Below, one piece after another: positions 37,021 to 51,335 of a stretch of 64,000 bases of DNA; position 1 is the stretch's first letter; each line of letters opens with the position of its first letter. A model generated the notes under the pieces. The model was not told where the DNA came from. It searched no databases and was given only the letters and a program-made list of their open reading frames with translations. The stretch is taken from assembly GCF_006345805.1 (NCBI RefSeq), contig NC_042998.1:56854001-56918000 (forward strand). Direction: 5' to 3'. The DNA is from Octopus sinensis (lineage: Eukaryota). Made by a program: the position numbers and the translations under genes.

Positions 37021-37994
37021 CGTTGAAATGCTATCATCTTCAGAACCCAACACATCAAGCACCGAAGTAATTGAAAATTGGAAAAGAGAAGAGAATAAAA
37101 AAAAGGAATGTAAAGAAAGAGAGATGAGGAAATTTGATCATTGTTGTATCCATTTGGAACTAGTTCACCTGTTTCTAGCCACCACCCTGAAGATCTTACT
37201 ATGGTTGAATAGTATTAACATTAAATATCAAAATTTTAGTACCCGACAACTTTTTAGTCGCCAACTTTTGACGAATTCCCCTATGTTTTGGATTCTCTTT
37301 GCGATCAATCATATATTTTGGATGTTATTCTATGGGAATTGCTGGATTATGCAAATTGAGGTCAGCTTAGGTATTTCTGGTTACTTTAAATATGAAGCAT
37401 CAAGATACGCTTAATTAGTATATGTTATTTAACAATAATAGTTAGAGCTACCTGTCGGGGATTAAGATAAAGATATGAACGAAAGGCCCCAGTTCTACAT
37501 AGACGATATAAGCCCTATAATATATGACTAGTTATTGTTGGTACTGCTGCAATGATATGGTAAGCTATGATTCATAAGTAGGTTAGTATAGTAAATGCCA
37601 CAGGTGTTAAGTAAACCAGAGTAAAACAAACAAATAGATAATAAAGTTAAGTAAAATAACCAAAATAAAAGAAAGAGAAAATAAACAGAATAAGAGACAC
37701 TGAAGTAAAAAAAAAACAGGCAAAGCAAACTAACAAGTAAAATACAATGAAAATAAAATGTGAAACTAAGAGAATAGATATAGGCAAATAAAAAAATAAT
37801 AAAAATAATATTAACGGAATTCCCTCGACACCAAAAAAATATGTTCATAGAGTTGAGATTAGATTTTCTCGGAATCAAGTAACTAAGAAAATAACTGTTG
37901 CCATTTAATTTAATTATGTATTATCCTTATTCCCACAGACCGTGGTTTGTGGGTGTTATCATAACCAGTACCTCACATTATTAATCATTTGTTA

Positions 37995-38260
37995 AGGCGG
38001 CGAGCTGGCAGAAACGTTCAAATTACACACTGGGGTCGATGTAATCGACTTAATCCCTTTGTCTGTCCTTGTTTGTCTTCTCTATGTTTAGCTCCTTGTG
38101 GGCCATAAAGAAATAAGAAACGTTCAAATTCCGCCGAAGTCGACTTTGCTTTCACCCTTTCGAGGTTTATAAATTAAGTACCAGTTGCGTACTAGAGTCG
38201 ATCTAATCGACTGCCCCTCCCCAAAAAATTTCGGGCCTTGTGCCTAGAGTAGAAAAGATT
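37995..38260 (+). mobile_element. Two rearranged SINE family A pieces with different 3' ends
   Basis: An internally deleted copy (head joined to ctggggtcgatgtaatc) is followed by a copy that starts at aaacgttcaaatt again and ends in the alternative tail. Confidence 0.75.
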
Positions 38261-38593
38261 ATTAATCGTTAGTTATTAGGAAATAATCTAAAAGTTTTCT
38301 TGAAAATAAGTTTACATCGTATCGCTAATCCTTGTCTTTATTTATGATCTTATACTCTCAAGTAACTATTAACAGTAACTCTTCTCGACTAAGTTCGCAT
38401 CTCGTTTTCCCTGAGTCATAAAGTGGTGCTTTGCTTATTGTCTGCCACACTTAATTATACTTTATCTTTAAGCTGCCAAACTGACTTGCTTAGTGCAGTC
38501 GAGTTTTCTTTACTCCATGTCTAAATGATCAAATGTGGTAATGATATCGAAGTTAGAAAGGTTTTGCGCAACATCCTATGTAATAATAAACGG

Positions 38594-38655
<62 letters not shown>

Positions 38656-38692
38656 ACACGAAAAACTTTTACTTGCATATATACGAAGGACT

Positions 38693-38727
<35 letters not shown>

Positions 38728-38997
38728 CACACACACACACACATACAAACACGCACACACACGCACACATACACACACATACACGAAAGACTTCAGTATA
38801 GTTTCTTTTTACCGAATACGACCACAAGACATTGATCTGGGGCTATATTAGCAGGCACTTATCTAAGTTGACACGCAATGGAACCGAACTCGAAATGCAT
38901 GAATATGAAACGATGTTCTGAACCTCAAACGTATATCTGCATTTTCTGCATTTTTCTCTATCTTTTTACCTTCCCTCTTTCTGCCCTCTAACGCTCT

Positions 38998-39032
<35 letters not shown>

Positions 39033-39057
39033 GTGTTTATATATATATATATATCAT

Positions 39058-39370
39058 ATAGGATAAAATTTTTCGAAAAAAATTCTATTAATGGTCCGTT
39101 AAATTTAAAGGTTAAATTTATAAACAACTTATAAACAAGGGCAACAGAAAAAATTCTAATGCCAAATATGCCAAAAATAGACTTAAATCGTCAATAACCA
39201 TATAGTTTATCACTATAAGCACGCGTCTTGAAGTAAGCCGACGGAAATTTCTAAAAAGTTCCGTTATTATCGTACCGGCCCCGATTTCAGAGTTAATTCA
39301 TAAGGATTTTCTCCTCGTCAGCGATAAATACGGTAAGAAATAAATGAAATACTTACTTACACCCATGTAA
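39058..39370 (-). mobile_element. Repeat family D (no inverted arm)
   Basis: Colinear with 35991-36302. Confidence 0.85.
39261..39333 (-). ncRNA. Type I hammerhead candidate, canonical core
   Basis: CCGTATTTATCG-CTGACGA-GGAG-loop-CTCT-GAAA-TCGG-GG-CCGG-T-A-CGATAATAACGG; triplet GUA. Confidence 0.7.
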
Positions 39371-40119
39371 GAAGCAAACACTAAGTCATGTGTACTCCAA
39401 ATATATCCAAAATAGAAATTCTATTAAATTAGAATTTTCATTTTGAAAATGGTTAAACTGGTTTCAATATGAAAAAATTTAAATTAATTTAATTTAATTT
39501 CTCCAATTGAAATAATTGGATATGGAAACAGCTGTAGGGTTGAGAATTTCATATTATAAGGATTTGAATATCTTCGAATAAACTGATGTTCATATGTCAG
39601 TTTCTCCATTTTCTTCTTTTTCTCATTCATGAATATTTTAAACATCCATATCCATCAATGCTAAACTAACATATTTAGTTTTTCACTGAACACTAGAATG
39701 CAAACATCTCTTAAAGGATTATGGGTTCTTGGCATGATTATATGCACATATTATATCTAAGGGTGTATGTAGTGTATATTAGGCACACACACACACACAC
39801 ATACATACACGCATTTAGTATTTATATAGTCGTATAGTTTTTAGATATTTAAGAATTTATGTTAATACTATCAGTAATAGCTAGATCTGTTTGCCATGTC
39901 ATTTCAGAGCCAACATCTTTTCACTAGCTCACAAGATCAGTTTATACTGCAATCATCAAAATACGTTTATAAATAGAGTCACCTCAATTCAGCAATGCAT
40001 TTTAAATATACTTGACTTATCTATTTTTACTTATGTCAAGAAATAACCAAACAACACACAGACATAAACATGTACACAGATACACCACCTTATAAATAAA
40101 TATGTATATATATATACCA

Positions 40120-40545
40120 CAAAGGCGCAGGAGTGGCTGTGTAGTAAGTAGCTTGCTTAAGAACCACATGGTTCCCGGTTCAGTCCCACTGCGTGGCACC
40201 TTGGACAAGTGTCTTCTACTGTAGACTCGGGCCAACCAAAGCCTTGTGAGTGGATTTGGTAGACGGAAACTGAAAGAAGCCCGTCGCATATATATATATA
40301 TATAAATATATATATATGTGTGTGTGCGTATATGTTTGTGTGTTTGTGTTTGTCTCCCCAACATTGCTTGACAACCGATGCTGGTGGGTTTACGTCCCCG
40401 TAACTTAGCGGTTCGGCAAAAGAGACCGATAGAATAAGTACTAGGCTTACAAAGAGTAAGTACTGGGATCGATTTGCTCGACTAAAGGCGGTGCTCTAGT
40501 ATACCCACAATCAAATGACTGAAACAAGTAAAAGAGTAAAAAAGA
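40120..40545 (+). mobile_element. Bipartite SINE family B
   Basis: Full-length copy with (aaaagagt)n tail. Confidence 0.9.
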
Positions 40546-40584
40546 GTATATATGTGTATACATACATATGTATGTAATTATGTA

Positions 40585-40775
<191 letters not shown>

Positions 40776-41015
40776 TTACCTATCTACGTGTGTATACACA
40801 TGCACACACACACACACACACACACACAAAAACACAAAAACACGCGCGCGCACACTCACATATTGTACATACATGTACATATAGTCATCTATGTATTTGT
40901 GTGTTATGTTTGAATTATATACTGAACTTGATTACAAATACATGTGTATGAATGTATGTGAACAAATATAGTCTTCCCCAAAGGCGAATACACACACACA
41001 CACTCATGCGCGCTG

Positions 41016-41047
<32 letters not shown>

Positions 41048-42224
41048 ATACTCAGTGTACGTGTTTTGCTTCTTCCCCGGTTCGTTGCGTACAGCGATCT
41101 GGTGTGCCACAATGATGCATACATAAGGTTATATTCAGTAAGTAATTAATGATTCTTTCACTATTTATATATAGTAGACTGGCGATTTAGCTCGCCCTTG
41201 GTTCGATTCATGTACGTGACGCTGATTAACAACAAGAATGGCGAAATGTCCATGATGCAAGTGAAGGCGAGTTGTCTCCAGTCATATGAGGGAGTCGATC
41301 CAGGAGCGCTCTACTACAGCAAACCAAATAAAACATATATTCTTAGTATGTGAAACCGGTATGTTTGCAACACTAGCGCTGGATTTCCTGTTTCCATCGC
41401 GCATTTATTGCCACCTGTCTGTCGCAAGACTACTCATTTCTGCCAGCTGAATGTACCGGAGCAGCGTGAAATGAAATGTCTTGCTCAAGATCCCAACGTG
41501 ATATGGTTAGTCGGGAAGGCATTTCGAGATTTTCTTTGTCTAATAATATTTGAGCTAAGCAAAATGACAAAAAAAAAAAAGACAAAACAAAAACAAAACA
41601 ACATCCAGAAACAAATGAATGAAAAAAAAATGTCTATTGTATAAATCACCCTCTCTGAAACTGATTCGACTTCAGTTGCAAGATTTACCTAAGCATATAA
41701 CTATTATCTAAGACTGGAGAACACGCAGTCTGACGAAGCCAATCATCGGCAAAGTCTTGATGCTACTATCAACAATTTGTTGGAGCATACTCACACACGC
41801 ACACACACGTGCGCGTTAAAATGATGTAAACAAGCGCTTAAAATAGAGCATATCGAGTGTTTGTGAAACGACAGCTATACTTTAATTTCAACACATTGAA
41901 TGGGAAAGTAATCAAGCTAACTTTCATGACGATCAGAAATGTTGAATTAAATCCATTTAAATATATTTACAAGAAATGACATAGCAATTAATCAGACAAA
42001 TGTTATTGTCAAAAGTATGTTATGTACTTTTATGTCTTGAGTTTCAATTCTACCAAAATGGACTTTAATCTTCATCTATCTGGAGTAGTTAAAATAAAAA
42101 TACGATATAATACAGATTATATAATTGACTATACGTCATCCCAATGAAAGCGACTGGGGCTCTCGGTTCATAAACATGAAGTCGTGAGTTCATTTCTTGG
42201 ACCGAGCACGCTTTGTGTTTCTGC

Positions 42225-42690
42225 GCCAAGAATTTCGTTTCTTGTTGATTAATTACTTTGCTGTAATGGACACCACCCGAGTGCTCGTGCAGCTTTCCCT
42301 CCCTCCAGTTGTTACGTCCTGGATGATAGAGCTCCTAAGTTTGGTGATAGAGCCCCTAAGTTTGCTCACGACTATATATAACTGGCACTCCGTCGGTTAC
42401 GATGACGACGAGGGTTCCAGTTGATCCGATGAACGAGACGGCCGGCTTGTGAAATTAGCGTGCAAGTGGCTGAGTACTCCAGACACGTGTACACTTAACG
42501 TAATTCTCAGGGAGACAGAACGTGATAAGCTGGCTCTTTGAAATACAGGTGCTACTCACTTTTGCCAGCTGAGTGGATGGAAGCAACTTGAAATAAAGTG
42601 CCTTGCTCAAGAACACAACACATTGCCAGGGATTGAACTCACGACTTTACTATCGTGAGCCGAATACCCTAACCACTAAGCCACGCGACT
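42225..42690 (-). mobile_element. SINE family C, body type 2
   Basis: Family C head plus body ggttacgatgacga.gg.ttccagttgatccgat; second copy at 50835-51335. Confidence 0.8.
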
Positions 42691-43804
42691 TCTCTCGCGA
42701 CTCCATAGGTATCTAAAAACATATAGCGAAAGCAAGGAATATATTATCAAGCTGTAGTCGGTCGCGAATAATGGCAAGCTGTGCTGTATTGTACTGTATT
42801 CCAGTCATCTGATCGCCATAAACTACGCAAGCATGTAGCTTTGATCCAATGTTAGAGATCAATAAATACATACTGAAATCTTTCAGACTATGCTACCAAG
42901 ATAATAAATCTCACCCGGAACCCAATGAAAGTATAAAGAGAGGAAAGAAAATGTAATCAATGTATAAGTTATATCCTTACATGTTTAACCTAACTGACCA
43001 AATATTTTAGAGGAGAGGAAGATAAAGTAATTTCGATGGATATATTGAAATGTTCGCAAAACAATGGAAGAAAAGGAGAGAACAATTACGGATTGCTGAG
43101 ATCAAAGCCAGCAATTTTACGATTCCAGTCGAATGCGCAGCCATTTTAACTACTGATTCATGCTCCAAATTTGTCCTTTCTCCGAGTTGTTATTAAATTG
43201 TATAACTACTATGATGTGTTCACATACAGCCTTGTGTGTATACATGTACGAATTTATGCATGTATGTATGTATGTATGTATGTATGTATGTATGGATGGA
43301 TGGATGGATGGATGGATGAATGTATGTATGGATTGATGGATGTATATAAACATATATAGAGTGTGTGTATGCAAGTACGTATTTACGTGAGCATGCGCAC
43401 TGTGCGTAACGTTTATTCATTCAGTTATGTAATGTGCAATGTATTTGCATATGAGCACGTGTTTGCCAAAACAAACCAAGCGCTGTGTATATGGGTACCC
43501 ATGCAGAGTGTCCTTATACATCATTTACATCGAGACATGCATGTTTACACGTGAATATATGTTTGAATTGAAACATTTTGGAACTATTCTGTTTTTCTCT
43601 AGTGCAACCATTATCAAAATATATTTGCAAGTCAAGGCGGTAAGCCTCTACGTGGTCATTCAGTCTCCCAGAAATAACAGCCAGTTCTCACTAAAAATCA
43701 AAGCCTTGGATATTCAGAAAGATAAGAATGAACAAAACTTGCGCGTCATTGATCGATGGTATGCTCGATCTGGAGTGACGAAGAGTTATACAGTATACCA
43801 CCCC

Positions 43805-43832
43805 TAACAATAACAAGAACAAGAACAAGAGC

Positions 43833-43903
<71 letters not shown>

Positions 43904-43905
43904 AC
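43805..43905. repeat. (AAC)n microsatellite
   Basis: Read directly. Confidence 0.95.
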
Positions 43906-44485
43906 AACAGAATCAATAGCGCCACTGTTGAATACGGTGTTAAGTTGGCAAGAAATGATGGTAGAGCGCCGACCTAAATGACTGATACTATTTACTTTCC
44001 TTTCTTTAGTTTGTGAGTTTAAATTCTGTCGAGTACGACCCGTCCTGACCTATTCCTCTTCAAGGGTTGATACAGGGACCAAAATAAAGTAAGGCTTAAG
44101 TCAATCAAATGTATTCCACCTTTATTTCTTTATAAAATTAGTCGTGTCTTTACAGAAGAACGCAATATCAGTTATGAATTCGAATAGCTTAATTCTCACC
44201 GTATACTTGGTCGTCGGATGAAAAATAGCAACTTACTCTTCAATGGAAGGTTTCACTAGAAATGTTTCTCATTATGTTTATCATAACCAATGTTAGTTTT
44301 ATACGTTAACAAAACATCAAACATTTATGTAGTGCTCCCACTGGTTACAACATAGGCCAAATAATATTTTAATGTCTTTTACGGAGGGTCGGATACGAAT
44401 TGATAATTTTACTGTCGATGGGCGTGCATATAATTGCTTCAGTAAGCCTTTATTTTTATTAAGTGTTTAAAGACACCCACATACT

Positions 44486-44525
<40 letters not shown>

Positions 44526-45654
44526 AATCACACACACACTCCCATAAACAAGTAGGAGGAAACATCATGTCAGTCATCCAGTTACTTTATGATTTACATA
44601 ATTCGTGAAATATCTTTAAAACAGAGAAACAAATAAATATATACATAATGTGTGTGTGCACGCCCAACACACACCCCACACAGAAAGGGAAACACAAAGA
44701 AAATAAATAATCAGAACATTTTCAATATGAAGAATCCCCACGAGACCTTTTATAATGGTAAGCCCCTAATCCCCAAACACACACCAAACAACTTTTGTTA
44801 TCTTGTTGTTATAGCGTATTGTGCTTTTTGCCGTGAAAAAAGGCATGAAAAAAGCCATAACATTAGCAATGCCATGAACAAAAACTTTCCTTCGTTCTTT
44901 GTAACACAGCTCTACTTATGGTATAGTCTCCTTAGATACTCCATTATACACTATCTGATTTTTTTATTATATTTCCCCGCACCTTAGGAATGATCGGCAT
45001 TTCTATTTGTGGCTCAGAACAATGATCACTTATATATTCTGTTTTCTAAATAGTTTCCAGGCATTGAACATAATCTGCAAAAGTTATTTTTCTCCAGACT
45101 TAACCCAGTACTTGCGACAGTTATCAAATGAAACTCTCGGAACGGCTTGTCTTGATTTTATGTTTTTTAAAATATTCTGACAAGTAAACAAAGAAACCGA
45201 TATTTCTCATATTTCCCTACGCATCTCAGTTTTACATCAGCTCTCTTTCCGTAAAACTATATATTCTATTCTAACAGCTACTAGTAGAAACTAGGTGCCC
45301 TATTTAGGAAAAGAACTGTGATATTTATTCGCCCACAAGCTGTTGTTTTTCACCGTTACTGATGACATGGGACGTGATTAGCTGAAGCCTTGCTTAGAAA
45401 TACTTAATGCGTCAACAAACAATAGTGGATTAGTCACCAATTATCAGCCCTGAGTGGAAAATCAGTTACAATTCCAAATGGTACCTAATTATCAGTAATT
45501 TCGGATAGTGATTTTCAGATTTGCTATACTGCTATAAGTATAGCCCGTCATGATGCAAAGTTATTATTTTGTATTCTTTGTAGTTCGTTCTGTGATTGGG
45601 AGAGATCCATACCCTAACCAAGACAAGCACAATTCCCGATGGATCAAATGCATT

Positions 45655-45860
45655 GATTTCAAATTTTGGCACAAGGCCAGCAATTTTAGAGGAGAGGCTA
45701 AGTCGACCTCATCGATACCAGTCATCTTCTGGTAGTTATTTTATCGATCTAGAAAAGGTGAGAGACAAAGTCGACCGGGGTGGAATTTGAACTAAAAACG
45801 CACAAGCGGACGAAATGCCACAAAACATTTTTTCGGCATGATAACAATTCTGCGAGTTCA
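45655..45860 (-). mobile_element. Diverged SINE family A
   Basis: aaattttggcacaaggccagc...gtcgacc...ggaatttgaact. Confidence 0.7.
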
Positions 45861-46184
45861 CGGCAGAGGGGATCTAATATATTGTGTGTAGTTTAGTGTA
45901 ATTGTTCCTTTCTTGTCGTCATCGTTGTCATCACTGTTATTTGACTTCATGCCAACCCCATTTGAGAAGATCTATGATTACAGGCAATCCACCACATCAG
46001 CGCGTCTTTTTCTAAGGATATAACTTCAACATGTCTTTGCCTTTGCTAATTCTGTTGAGTGATTTGAAGAGGAAATTTGGTCGCTATATCTAGCAGTTTG
46101 AGTGACCACATAGAAGGACCCGTGTTGGCGTGTTTGTGCCACTAAACATACTCTAAACGAATTTGTATATCATTTTACTTTTTC

Positions 46185-46587
46185 CATGTGTGGTAAGTAA
46201 CTTGCTTACCAACCACATGGTTCCGGGTTCAATCCCACTGCGTGGCAACTTAGGCAAGTGTCTTCTACTGTAGCCTCAGGCCGACCAAAGCTTTGTGAGT
46301 GGATTTGGTAGACAGAAACGGAAAGGAGCACGTCGTATATATGCATATATATATGTATATGTATGTGTGTATATGTTTGTGTGTCTATGTTTGTCCCTCC
46401 CCCAACATCGCTTCACAACCGATGGTGGCGTGTTTACGTCCCCGTAACTTAGCGGTTCGGCAAAAGAGGCCGATAGAATAAGTACTAGGCTTACAAAGAA
46501 TAAGTCCTGGGGTCGATTTGCTCTACTAAAGGCGGTGCTCCAGCATGGCCGCCGTCAAATGACTGAAACAAGTAAAAGAGTAAAAGA

Positions 46588-46590
<3 letters not shown>
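46185..46590 (+). mobile_element. Bipartite SINE family B
   Basis: Near full-length copy. Confidence 0.9.
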
Positions 46591-46638
<48 letters not shown>

Positions 46639-47354
46639 TATATATATATATAGTGTGTGTGTGCTGTGAGTATGAAGGACCTGTAGGCAATCCCTCTTAT
46701 GTTTATGCTGCTTGTTTATGCTGCTCCGTTTCAGTTCTGATTAAACAGATTTGTTGGTATGCTTAGTTTTTGCTTATGGGGTGTACTTATAATTAGACAC
46801 ATGCTGGGCTTGATTATCTCGTCATTTAGAAATACTGAACTCTATATTTATGCCTCTCCATTTTTTTTAAAGATGTTAGGATGTGATTTGGGGGAAATTT
46901 GGCATGTATCATTAGTTGGTCGAGCGACCACTTAGAAACTCTTTCATTAGTTTTGTTGTTGTTGTTGTTGTTGTTGGTGCTGGTGGTGGTGTATGTTTGT
47001 TCTTGAAATGTTTCTACCTTAGCTGATGGGTAAAAAAAAAAAAAATGGTGGATTTCGCAGAAGCTGTTACTCATGTAATTAAAATTTTTTTTTTTCTTCC
47101 TGAAGATGTTAGGAAGAAGCAATTTTGATATCGTGTGATTATGAGGAGCTGTATGAATGCTTTTCTGCTTCATTCTATATAATTTATGCGTAACTGAGCT
47201 AAGAAGCTAAAACTGGACCTAGGCACGTTTTATCAGCTTTATCACAAACAGGAGATGATTGAAATGAAATAGTTTCCTAATTAACGCATAGATACAAACG
47301 TTAAGAAAAGTAAGAAAACTAGAAACATATTTAAAAAAATTTCCGAAAGAAATT

Positions 47355-47511
47355 AGGAGTGGCTGTGTGGTAAGAAGCTTACTTCCCAACCACAAGATTC
47401 CAGGTTCAGTCCCACTGCGTGATACCTTGGTCAAGAGTCTTCTACTATAGCCTCGGGCCGACCAGAGCCTTGTAAGTGGATTTGGAAGATGGAAACTGAA
47501 AGAAGCCCATC

Positions 47512-47565
<54 letters not shown>

Positions 47566-47765
47566 CAGTGTTTGTCCCACAACTGTTGCTTGAAAACCGA
47601 TATTGGTGTGTTTACCTCCCCGTAACTTAACGGTTCGATGTAAGAGACAGGTAGAATAAGTAATAGACTCACAAAGACTAAGTCCTGGAGTCGATTTGAT
47701 CGAGTAAAGGTGGTGCCCCAGTATGGCTGCAGTCAAGTGACTGAAACTAGTAGAAGTAAAAGAAC
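47355..47765 (+). mobile_element. Bipartite SINE family B (diverged)
   Basis: Near full-length copy. Confidence 0.85.
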
Positions 47766-47824
47766 ATTTCATTTTCAGAAGAATTGCCCTCAAAACTTTT
47801 TTGCCTCATTGCTTTATTTTTATC

Positions 47825-48176
47825 TTTAATTTGTTTCAGTCACTGGAGTGTGGCAATATTGGAGCACCATCTTGAAGATTGTTTTTTGTCGAACACATCG
47901 AGCCCAGTGCTTATTTTGTTTTTTTTTCAATGTTTGGTACTTGTTTAATTTGTCTCTTTTGCTGAGCGCTAGGTTATGGGAGCGTAAACAAATCAGCACG
48001 GGCTATCAAAAGGTGTGGGAACAGTTGCAAAGACACACACGCACGCTCATACATACATACATACATACATACATACATACACACAATACATATACATACA
48101 TACATACATACATACACACAATACATATACATACATACATACATACATCAGCTAAGGTAAAAACATTTCAAGAACA

Positions 48177-48208
<32 letters not shown>

Positions 48209-48445
48209 CATACATACATACATACATACATACATACATACACGCACGCACACATACACGCGCACGCACACATACACGCGCGCGCACATATACATTGGGC
48301 TTTTTTTTCAGTTTACTCTACCGAATTCAAAATTCACTCAGAATGTCTTGTCGGACCGAGACTGTAGTAAAGGACACTTGCCCAAAGAGCTACGCAGTGA
48401 GACTGAACCCAAAACCATGTGGTTCGGAATCAAACTTCTTACCAT
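47825..48445 (-). mobile_element. Old SINE family B with a ~260-bp expanded internal (TACA)n
   Basis: Both halves are recognisable on either side of 48035-48292; faces the 47355 copy tail-to-tail. Confidence 0.65.
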
Positions 48446-48650
48446 AATGAAGCCATAATTTTAGTTTTTATTTTTTTTCTTAGAGAGTGAGAATAGAGCT
48501 CTACTTCTCTGGGAAAATTCCTCGTATTAAAGAATAGTCTTCACTGCAAATTGTTGAGGGAATATGCTACTGGAGAATCTGTCCGGCGCTCGGTGGGCCA
48601 TAACCTGTCATAGGTGTTGTATGTACCTGTGAGGAAGACAATCTGCATAC

Positions 48651-48884
48651 CTCTATGTTGTTGTTTGGCTCCAAGTCGGTGCTGGCTGAGCAGACCAATA
48701 ATTTAGGGCATTTTAGACGCAACCTCCCGTCTACTGTTATCCGATGTGACCTTCTTATTTTCAAAGATGGACAGTATGATTTGGGAAATATGTCAGTATG
48801 ATATGAGAAAGATTTAGCTGATATTTCTGGCAGATCGATCATGCGTTTGGCGGCTCCCTTGATAGCTCGTAATCGCAGCTGGAG
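48651..48884 (-). CDS. Candidate coding exon (phase 0 to 0)
   Basis: Lies in a 116-codon non-repetitive open frame (48917-48570): LQLRLRAIKGAAKRMIDLPEISAKSFSYHTDIFPKSYCPSLKIRRSHRITVDGRLRLKCPKLLVCSASTDLEPNNNIE. Donor GAG|gtatgc (alternative CAG|gtacat at 48627); acceptor catcag| at 48884, or a stronger one at 48929 that would place a stop in frame. Confidence 0.45.
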
Positions 48885-50034
48885 CTGATGGTAGGAATAA
48901 CCATGCCAGCGTTTTATTCAGGCTCTCAGCTATCGGAAACAAGAGAAAATCCTTAACCTTCGTATGTTTGTGATTCGAAAAAGGGATTAAAAGATTATCT
49001 ACCTTAACTTTCCTACATAGCTTTGTACTTTTAATTTTGTTCGATATTTTCTGGAATCTTCATATTATCAACAATGATGTCAAACAGACTTAGCTACCTA
49101 TTTGATTCACAAAATATATTTAGTTTAGTCCTCAATTCCTACTAAGACAACCTAGACACGTCTATTGGGGAAACGTTGCTCACAACTGACATTGTTTCCA
49201 AGACATAAGAGGACTATTCATTTAGGTATTTTCGAAAATCTTTATTTAATAAGGCTGCAATGGCCTATGCATTTCGATTTATATAACTTGTAAAATGATA
49301 GCAATTCTAGCCTTCTTTATTCGAAGTTGTTTGTTGCCTCCTATTTTTCAAATGGCTTTTGAATACGAAACATTTCTTCAGAGGGCCGTCATCTCATGAA
49401 GCACTCTTTCAACTCTTCCTTAAGCTCCGAATTTTCAATTCAACCTCTTACTCATACCTAACCTCTTTCTTATTGGAGACGCCGCTGTAAACTGTAAATA
49501 ATGACTTTTCTCTTCAGACACATTAAATCATATAGAAATACATTTCTACTTCGTGATATACGAAGAAAATAATAAAATATATAAAATAAAACCTAAATGC
49601 TGTTTTACAACTTTCAGGTAGAGAGAAAGCTTATAAAGCTGTTTATTATAATAACGCATTGAAATATAAATATTTAGGTTATCTTTACAGAAAATAAAAT
49701 CACCTAGAAGAAAAGTATAAATCAACATGAAAAGACTTCTACGACACAAAGTCTTAGGATAAGATTAGCAACCGGAAGCAGACGTTTTGTTATCTTTGAA
49801 ATCTAGTATCATAAAAATCTTATGCAATAAAATGCGCGGCTGTAGGTATAATCTAAGGATTAGTAGGGCTATGTATAATTAACCCAGCCAGGAGAGCACC
49901 GGACCAAATATTTTTCAACGCTTGATTTGGACCTGGTCAGTTTCATGATCAAATCCTATCAGAGGTGACTTTGCATTTTCTCCCTTGTTAGAGTAGATAG
50001 AATATATACTAGTAATATAGGGAGGTTAATTAGG

Positions 50035-50810
50035 GCGGCGAGCTGGCAGAATCATTAGCAAGCCGGGCAAAATGCTTAAGCAGCATTTCATCCGTCTCCA
50101 TGCTCTGAGTTCAAATTCCGCGCGTCAAAATTTGAAACCAATATAGAGAGTTTAATTAAAGCAGCGAACTGGCGGAATCGTGAGCACGCCGGGCAAAATG
50201 CTTAGCGGCATTACGTCTGCCGTTACATTCTGAGTTCAAATTCCGCCGAGGTCGACTTTGCCTTTCATCCTTTCGGGGTCGATTAAATAAGTACCAGCTA
50301 CGCACTGGGGTCGATATAATCGACTTAATCCGTTTGTCTGTCCTTGTTTGTCCTCTCTGTGTTTAGCCCCTTATGGGTAGTAAAGAAATAGGCATTGCGT
50401 TCTGAATTAAAATTCTGCCGAGGTCGACTATGCTTTTGTTCTTTCAGGGGTCGATGAAATAAGTACCAGTCGAGTACTGGGGTCGATGTAGTCGACTTAA
50501 TACTTCCCGAACTTGCTGGCCTTGTGCCAAAATTTGAATACAGAGAGGTTAAATGCAACATATAATCTTTCTTTTAAAAAAATGTGAAAATGAAGTATTA
50601 TATACTCTTGTGTCTATGTAAAACACCAAAAACTAATAACGACATTCTTTATAGATTTATGATGAACACCCTTGTGAGTGTTGGTTGGTTGAATCGCCAG
50701 ATCATCGAACGAGCGCTCCCGGGTTACGTTCCGACTCTTTACGTTCTGAATTCAAATCGAGCTGAGGTCATCTTTGATTTTCGGCATCCATTAAATAAAA
50801 TACCAGTCAA
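50035..50810 (+). mobile_element. Cluster of four same-orientation SINE family A copies or fragments
   Basis: Head-only copy at 50035, full copy 50158-50390, alternative-tail copy 50400-50540, diverged copy 50680-50810. Confidence 0.8.
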
Positions 50811-50834
50811 ATGATGTTATAGCAGGACTCTATT

Positions 50835-51335
50835 ATAAAACATGTAATTTGAGGGAGTCGTGGTTGTTGTTTCAAGCATGTCCATTGTCTTCATTGGCTG
50901 TGGCCCCCCATTGTCTTGTGTTTTTCCACCCCACAGGTTCGTGAGATTTCTCTATTGGCATTCGTCATTGGACCGTGCCAATACTGTCACATTGGCACGT
51001 ACTAGAACTCCAATGGTTACGATGACGATGGTTCCAGTTGATCCGATCAACGGAACAGATTGCTCGTGAATTTAGCGTGTAAGTGGCTGATCACTCCTCA
51101 GACACGTGTACCCTTTACGTAGTTCTCAGGGAGATTCAGCGTGACACAGAATGTGACACGGCTTTCCCTTTGAAATATAAGTATTACTCATTTTTGCCAG
51201 CTGAGTTGACTGGAGCTACGTGAAATAAAGTGTCTTGCTCAAGGACATAACACGTCACCGGGAATTGTACTCACAACCTTACGATCATGAGCCGAATACC
51301 CTAACCACTAAACCACTAAACCACGAAACTTCACG
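50835..51335 (-). mobile_element. SINE family C, body type 2
   Basis: Homologous to 42225-42690. Confidence 0.8.

Noticed and set aside
41095-41137. 43-nt plus-strand exon-like segment with strong acceptor and GTAAGT donor
   Set aside because: Isolated, with no compatible plus-strand coding partner found.
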